In this document: positions 57,100 to 64,000 of the stretch, piece by piece
Position numbering within the stretch: position 1 is the first letter of the stretch
Layout: the number at the start of each line of letters is the position of its first letter
Source: Eledone cirrhosa
Lineage: Eukaryota
Direction of reading: 5' to 3'
Assembly: GCA_964016885.1 (NCBI GenBank)
Contig: CAXHJY010000825.1
Coordinates: 9,030-73,029 of the forward strand
DNA: 64,000 nt
The notes under the pieces: generated by a model
The model's database searches: none
The model's input: only the letters and a program-made list of their open reading frames with translations
What the model was told of the DNA's origin: nothing
Position numbers and translations under genes: made by a program

Positions 57100-58082
57100 G
57101 TTATAGTCAGTTTAATCCGTTTATGAAATGATGTGCATACCTGAACTCCTTCCGGTTTCATTTTACCAAATGCTCGCTTGATCAAAGCCTTCAGTGAAGA
57201 CACAAAGTTGTGAGAAGTTGTTGGATGTTGCTTCAACTGTGCCCCATAGACAAAAATCACACGGATTCAAATCTGGTGAGCTAGAGGGCCAGAGGTCTTT
57301 AGGGACAAATATGGGCAATTCTGTCTCCCAAAATCCTTGCACTCTTCTCCAAGAATGGGCAGACGTGGAGTCCTGTACAAGCATGACTTGACTTGCATCG
57401 TAATGCTTCCTAATCCAAGGCAATAAAACTTTTAAGATTTTGAGATACTTTGCTGTGTTGATTTTAAGACCCGCTTCAATAAAATGAGGAGGTATCAATT
57501 TCCCATCCCTTGCAACAGCTCCAAAGACCATATTGGAAGTTTGATTCTTGCTATGCATAGCTGAAGGAATTTGGGAAGGGTTGTATGCTATTATTTGTGA
57601 GTTTTGACGGTTTGCAACTTTGTCTACCATGAACTTCTTTTCATCCATGTAGATGCAAACATCTCCGCCATGATGTTTCAGATAACTAAGAAGTTCGGGA
57701 CTTCTTTCAGCTTGAATAGCTTTTGGAGCAGGTATTTAGGATGTTACAGAGTCTCCTTATGTACAATTTCATATGGGTGGAGGGGGGGGGGGGGGGGTAT
57801 TGTCTCACAGCTCTAGAAATGGTCATTTTACTGATTCTCGATCTTGAGCCAACTACGCTATTGATTTTGATGGGTTCGACTCAATCAATCTTTTAAGTCC
57901 TGCTAAGAAGCGAGGTGTGTGTTTTTAGTCATTGCGAGGACTATGAGGTTTTCTCTGAACATCCTAAGTTTTCTTCAAATTGGCTACAACTCTAAAAACA
58001 GATTTGATATACTTTATGGCTTTAACAATCTCTTCAGCACTTTGGCCAGCACAGAATAATTCAGCAATTACACTTCTACGGT
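57100..58082 (-). pseudogene. Tc1/mariner superfamily transposase pseudogene, DD37D (maT/mori) type
   Basis: DEKKF...VFGAVARDG...QDSTSAH-(37 aa between the Asp residues)-WPSSSPDLNPCD; N-terminal HTH remnant RSVIAELFCAGQSAEEIVKAI near 58080; frameshifts present. Confidence 0.88.
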
Positions 58083-58130
58083 ATAATTTTTTTATTAACA
58101 AACTATTTTTTATATCAGATTAGACAAATA

Positions 58131-58314
58131 ATTGTTTCTACTTTTGGCACAAAGCCATCAAATACCCAGTACATTACTGGTACTTTATTTTATTGACCCC
58201 GTAAGGATGAAAGGCAAAGTTAACCTCGGCGGGATTTGAACTCAGACCGTAAAGGGACGTAACTATGCTGGAAAGCATGGCGTCCGACTCTCTACTGATA
58301 CTGCCAATCCACAC
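58131..58314 (-). mobile_element. SINE family C with 15-bp TSD
   Basis: GATTAGACAAATAAT at 58118 and 58317. Confidence 0.9.
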
Positions 58315-58589
58315 CCGATTAGACAAATAATAAGTGATTATTGAAGCTGGTGATATTTCAAATTTAGACTCCAACAGAATCTATAGAATTAGAAATATAC
58401 CCATTTAAAACTTGTCCCAATTTACCTGTTACATCCTGTATACATATATAGGAAGGGCAATCAACCATAAATACCAAGCCAGAAACAGTAGTTCTGTGTG
58501 GGCAAGACATGGTCACCTGAGCCAACTTGCCTCAAACGGGACAACCCAGGGAGCCCATGGAATATGGACGTTGCATGATGATGATGATG

Positions 58590-58633
<44 letters not shown>

Positions 58634-58915
58634 CATGTTTATATAGCCACTTAATGGAATCCCTTTCTTAGAATAAATGAACCCTAAAATAGGTGTGGAT
58701 GTATGTGTTAGTCTAGAGTTACTTAGTGTGAATGTAGTTGTCAGTATGTGTTACAGGTACTTGGTGTAAATTCCTTTTTACCTTTATCTTTGTATTACTG
58801 TGTATATATCCCTAAATATAGTTTTATCAAAGAATCCCTGTTCTTAAAATCCTGGGTCACTGACCTCCAGTCATGCCAATCACCCCCTCCCCTACCACCA
58901 TAACACAATGACAGT

Positions 58916-58969
58916 TGGCTTTCCTGATGATATCCTTGGACTGAAACAGTTCTTGTCCTGTAGAAGCCA
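58916..58969 (+). ncRNA. Type-I hammerhead motif (family of 38923-39020)
   Basis: TGGCtTTC-CTGATGA-TATCCTTGGACT-GAAA-CAG(8 nt)CTG-TA-GAAGCCA; core intact, stem II weak. Confidence 0.62.
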
Positions 58970-59192
58970 TTTCTGTATATATATATATATATATGTATAT
59001 TCGATATATCTCATATGAAATAATACAGCCAATTTTCCACACAATACAATTAGTTAGCACCCGAACGTTTAATTAGGAATATACTCACTTATTTCCTAAT
59101 GTTTGTTGAGTGAGTTGGGATTTGGCCGGAGTATCGCTATTAGCTTTCTCTGATAATGTATTTATTTATATATATAATATATATATATAAAT

Positions 59193-59895
59193 TGGCCTGG
59201 CAATCGAAAGGTTGTGAGTTCGATTTTCAGACCGGGTGATGTGTTGTTTCCTTGAGCAAGACACTTTATTTCACATTGCTCCAGTTTACTCAGCTGTAGA
59301 AATGAGATGATAGGGACTAGGGTCCATATCATTCCACTGCAAAGTGGTCGTGGAGGTGCCACGGCAAAAAAGCACCCAGCACTCACTGTAAATGAGGTTG
59401 GTGTTAGGAAGGGCATCCAGCTGTAGAAATCAAGCCAGAATCAGTTCCCGTCCCATCTTTGCAAGCAGGGAAAAAGCGGACGTAAAAACGAAATGAAATG
59501 AAAATATACATATATGACTTAGTGGTTAGAGCATTGGGCTTGCAATCGAAAGGTTGTGAGTTCCATTCTCAGACCGAGTGATGTTGTTTCCTTGAGCAAG
59601 ACACTTTATTTCACATTGCTCCAGTTTACTCAGCTGTAGAAATGAGATCATAGGACTGGGGTCCCTATCATTCCACTGCAAAAGTGGTCGTGGAGGTGCC
59701 ACGGCAAAAACAAAAGCACCCAGCACACACTGTAAATGAGGTTGGTGTTAGGAAGGGCATCCCGCTGTAGAAATCAAGCCAGAATCAGTTCCCGTATGAA
59801 CAAAACAAGGTTAGCCGACTGGACACTGCCCACAACAGGACAACCCGTCTAACCCATGCCAGCGTGGAAGAACAGACGTAAAACGGTGATGATGA
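59193..59895 (+). mobile_element. Two tandem SINE family A copies with different tail variants
   Basis: 59193-59503 has the short tail; 59513-59895 has the long GGACAACCCGTCTAACCCATGC tail ending in (GAT)n. Confidence 0.88.
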
Positions 59896-60036
59896 TATAT
59901 ATATATATATGATATATGTTTTATATGTATATATATATGATATATATTTTATGTTATATATATATATGATATATATTTTGTTATATATATATATATGATA
60001 TATATTTTATGTTATATATATGATATATATTTTATG

Positions 60037-60073
<37 letters not shown>

Positions 60074-60408
60074 ATATATTTTGTTATATATATATGGTAT
60101 ATATTTTATGTTATATATATATATATGGTATATATTTTATGTTTATATATATATATATGGTATATATTTTATGTTTATATATATATATATATATATATAT
60201 ATGTTTTATATATATGATATATGTTTTATATATATATGTTTTATATATATGATATATGTTTTATATATATATATGATATATGTTTTATATATATATATGA
60301 GATATGTTTTATATATATATATGATATATGTTTTATATATATATATGAGATATGTTTTATATATATATATATGATATATGTTTTATATATATATATATAT
60401 ATATATGA

Positions 60409-60478
<70 letters not shown>

Positions 60479-61004
60479 ATAATGATGTTAATTATAAATA
60501 TTGGATAAGCTTGTTTGGGAAGGTTTTCCTTGTTTGTTATATACTCCTCATAACAATCTCTCCACCACTCTCTCCTCCCGCTAGGCTCTTCCCTTCCTCT
60601 CTCTTCTCCTTTCTATCTCCCTCTCTTACTCTTCCTATCTCCCTCTCACTGTCCTGCCCCTAACCTCTACACCCTCCCCCTCATATCTAGACAGCTACAT
60701 GCAATTATATCTCAACATTTTTGGGTGATTAATTGTATATATATATATCTGTGTGTTGTATATATATATGTATATATATATATATATATCTGTGATGTAT
60801 ATATGTATATATATATATATATATATCTGTGTTGTGTGTTGTATATATATATGTATATATATATATAATCTGTGTGTATGTGTTGTATATATATATATGT
60901 GATGTATATATGTGTATATATATATATATATCTGTGTTGTGTGTTGTATATATATGTATATATATATATAATCTGTGTGTATGTGTTGTATATATATATA
61001 TATA

Positions 61005-61037
<33 letters not shown>

Positions 61038-61305
61038 CTTTGTTGTATATATATGTGTATATATATATATCTGTGTTGTATATATGTATATGTGTGTATG
61101 TGTGTTGTATATATATATATATATATGTGTGTGTGTTGTATATATACATGTGTATGTGTGTGTGTTGTATATATATATGTGTGTATGTGTGTTGTATGTA
61201 TATATATATATATATATGTGTGTGTGTTATAAATATATATGTGTATATATATGTGTGTATATATATGTATATGTGTAAATATGTATATATATGTATATGT
61301 GTGTA
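59896..61305. repeat. TA-rich micro/minisatellite region
   Basis: ATATATGTTTT(AT)n and TGTGTTG(TA)n arrays separated by ~250 bp of other sequence. Confidence 0.85.
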
Positions 61306-61412
61306 TTCTCAAATTGTCGACAGCTGCTGTTCCTGGTCAAATCAGAAATTTATGTCGTGGAACACACTCACACACACACACACTCACCCCCCCCCCCCAC
61401 ACTCACACCCAC

Positions 61413-61451
<39 letters not shown>

Positions 61452-61589
61452 GTACTCATTCCTCATATATATATGTGTATATAGATATATATATATATGT
61501 ACACACATACATGGGAGGTGCATGTATGTTATTTCACTCCTGCCGAGTTGTTTTCAATTAAGGGTTTATGTATACATGGTGTAAGTATG

Positions 61590-61628
61590 TGTATATATAT
61601 ATACTGTCAGTGTATACAGTGTATATAT

Positions 61629-61662
<34 letters not shown>

Positions 61663-61687
61663 CTGTCAGTGTATACAGTGTATATAT

Positions 61688-61721
<34 letters not shown>

Positions 61722-61746
61722 CTGTCAGTGTATACAGTGTATATAT

Positions 61747-61780
<34 letters not shown>

Positions 61781-61806
61781 CCTGTCAGTGTATACAGTGT
61801 ATATAT

Positions 61807-61840
<34 letters not shown>

Positions 61841-61866
61841 CTGTCAGTGTATACAGTGTATATATA

Positions 61867-61897
<31 letters not shown>

Positions 61898-61923
61898 CTG
61901 TCAGTGTATACAGTGTATATATA

Positions 61924-61956
<33 letters not shown>

Positions 61957-62125
61957 CTGTCAGTGTATACAGTATATATATAGTGTGTGTATATATATAT
62001 ACTGTCAGTGTATACAGTATATATATAGTGTGTATATATATATATATATATATACTATCAGTGTATACAGTATATATATAGTGTGTATATATATATATAC
62101 TGTCAGTGGATACAGTGTATATATA

Positions 62126-62165
<40 letters not shown>

Positions 62166-62283
62166 TGTCAGTGTATACAGTATATATATAGTGTGTGTAT
62201 ATATATATATATATACTGTCAGTGTATACAGTGTATATATAGTGTGTATATATATATATACTGTCAGTGTATACAGTATATAT

Positions 62284-62315
<32 letters not shown>

Positions 62316-62389
62316 CTATCAGTGTATACAGTATATATATATATGTGTGTGTATATATATATATATATATACTGTCAGTGTATACAGTA

Positions 62390-62426
<37 letters not shown>

Positions 62427-62667
62427 AGTGTGTATATATATATATACTGTCAGTGTATACAGTATATATATATAGTGTGTATATATATATATATACTGTC
62501 AGTGTATACAGTATATATATATAGTGTGTATATATATATATGCTGTCAGTGTATACAGTATATATATAGTGTGTATATATATACTGTCAGTTTATACAGT
62601 ATATATATAGTGTGTATATATATATATATATACTGTCAGTGTATACAGTATATATATAGTGTGTGTG

Positions 62668-62713
<46 letters not shown>

Positions 62714-62739
62714 TGTCAGTGTATACAGTATATATATAG

Positions 62740-62780
<41 letters not shown>
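61590..62780. repeat. Minisatellite TACTGTCAGTGTATACAGT(G)TATATATAG(TG)n(TA)n
   Basis: More than 20 units. Confidence 0.92.
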
Positions 62781-63304
62781 TGTCTGCTAGGACTGATTTA
62801 ATTTTCTCTTCATCTATTTTCTTTTCAGTCCTTTCCTTAACTGTCCCTCTCCCTATATATATATGTGTGTGTGTATGTGTATATATATGTGTATGTGTAT
62901 ATATATGTGTGTGTGTATGTGTATATATATGTGTATGTGTATATATTTGTGTATGTGTATATATATGTGTGTGTGTATGTGTGTATGTGTATATATATGT
63001 GTGTATATGTATATGCAAGCATGGAAGATGGACGTTAAACGATGATGATGATGTGTGTGTATATATGTGTGTGTGTATGTATATATATGTGCGTGTTTGT
63101 GTGTATGTATGTGTGTGTGTGTATATATATGTATATATATATGCCCCTTAAATACCCCCCCCTTCTATACAACACACCTTACATGCTAATTAGTTTCTCT
63201 CTCACTACACCCCTCTTTATCTTTCCCCCCTCTCTCTATCTATTCCTCCCCCTTTCTTTATCTTTTACTTTCTTCTTCCATCACTCCGACTCCCTCTCTA
63301 TAAC

Positions 63305-63596
63305 TCTCTCTCTCTCTTTGTCTCTTTGTCTGTCTCTCTTTGTCTCTCTCTTTGTCTCTCTTTGTCTCTCTCTTTGTCTCTCTTTGTCTCTCTCTTTGTC
63401 TCTCTCTTTGTCTCTCTCTTTGTCTCTCTTTGTCTCTCTCTTTGTCTCTCTCTTTGTCTCTCCCTGTCTCTCTCCCTGTCTCTCTCTGTCTCTCTCTTTG
63501 TCTCTCTCTTTGTCTCTCTCTTTGTCTCTCTCCCTGTCTCTCTCTATGTCTCTCTCTTTGTCTCTCTCTCTCTGTCTCTCTCTTTGTCTCTCTCTC
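63305..63596. repeat. (TTGTCTCTCTCT)n repeat
   Basis: Direct inspection. Confidence 0.9.
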
Positions 63597-64000
63597 AGAA
63601 AAGAATATTAAAGCAGAATAAATAGATAGTTTGAAGATGGTGGGGGGGGGGGGAGTTAAATATAATATGTGGAGAGAGAAATAAGTGGTTGGCTAGTTGG
63701 TGGTGGCGGTGGTAATGGTGGGCAGTGGTAGTGTGGTAAGACTTATTAGTAATAATGGTGGTATTGGTAGGCTTTTGTACTGCAGTAAGACTTAGTATAT
63801 ATGTAATGGTAGTAATAGTACTGGTAGCAATGATGGTAGTATCAAAGTAATGGTAGGCAGTGGTAGTGCTGTAAGACTTAGTATAAATGTAGTGGAAGTA
63901 TAGCAGTAATGGTAGGCAGTGGTAGTGTGGTAAGACTTAGTATACATGTAGTGGTAGTGGTGGTAATAGTGGAAGTATAGCAGTAATGGTAGGCAGTGGT

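Overview
Eukaryotic, AT-rich, repeat-saturated window with no host protein-coding exon that I can support. The repeat families resemble those of coleoid cephalopods, probably Octopus; this is an inference. Contents: (1) the intact 3' part of an RTE-clade LINE (RT with YADD, an embedded C4HC3 PHD-like finger and a (TGA)n tail), plus decayed RTE, CR1 and DD37D maT/mori transposase fragments. (2) Three tRNA-headed SINE families, several copies with long TSDs. (3) piggyBac-, mariner- and hAT-type MITEs. (4) Very large TA/TATG microsatellites and many minisatellites, several traceable to modules of the local transposons. Nearly all long ORFs in the ORF track are microsatellite artefacts. The most interesting signal is a set of sequence-diverse type-I hammerhead ribozyme motifs (9535, 36198, 38924/38969, 40031, 55684, 58916). 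They lie in short non-coding Penelope-like pLTR remnants, and three are built into fold-back inverted repeats. All folds were paired by eye and are untested.
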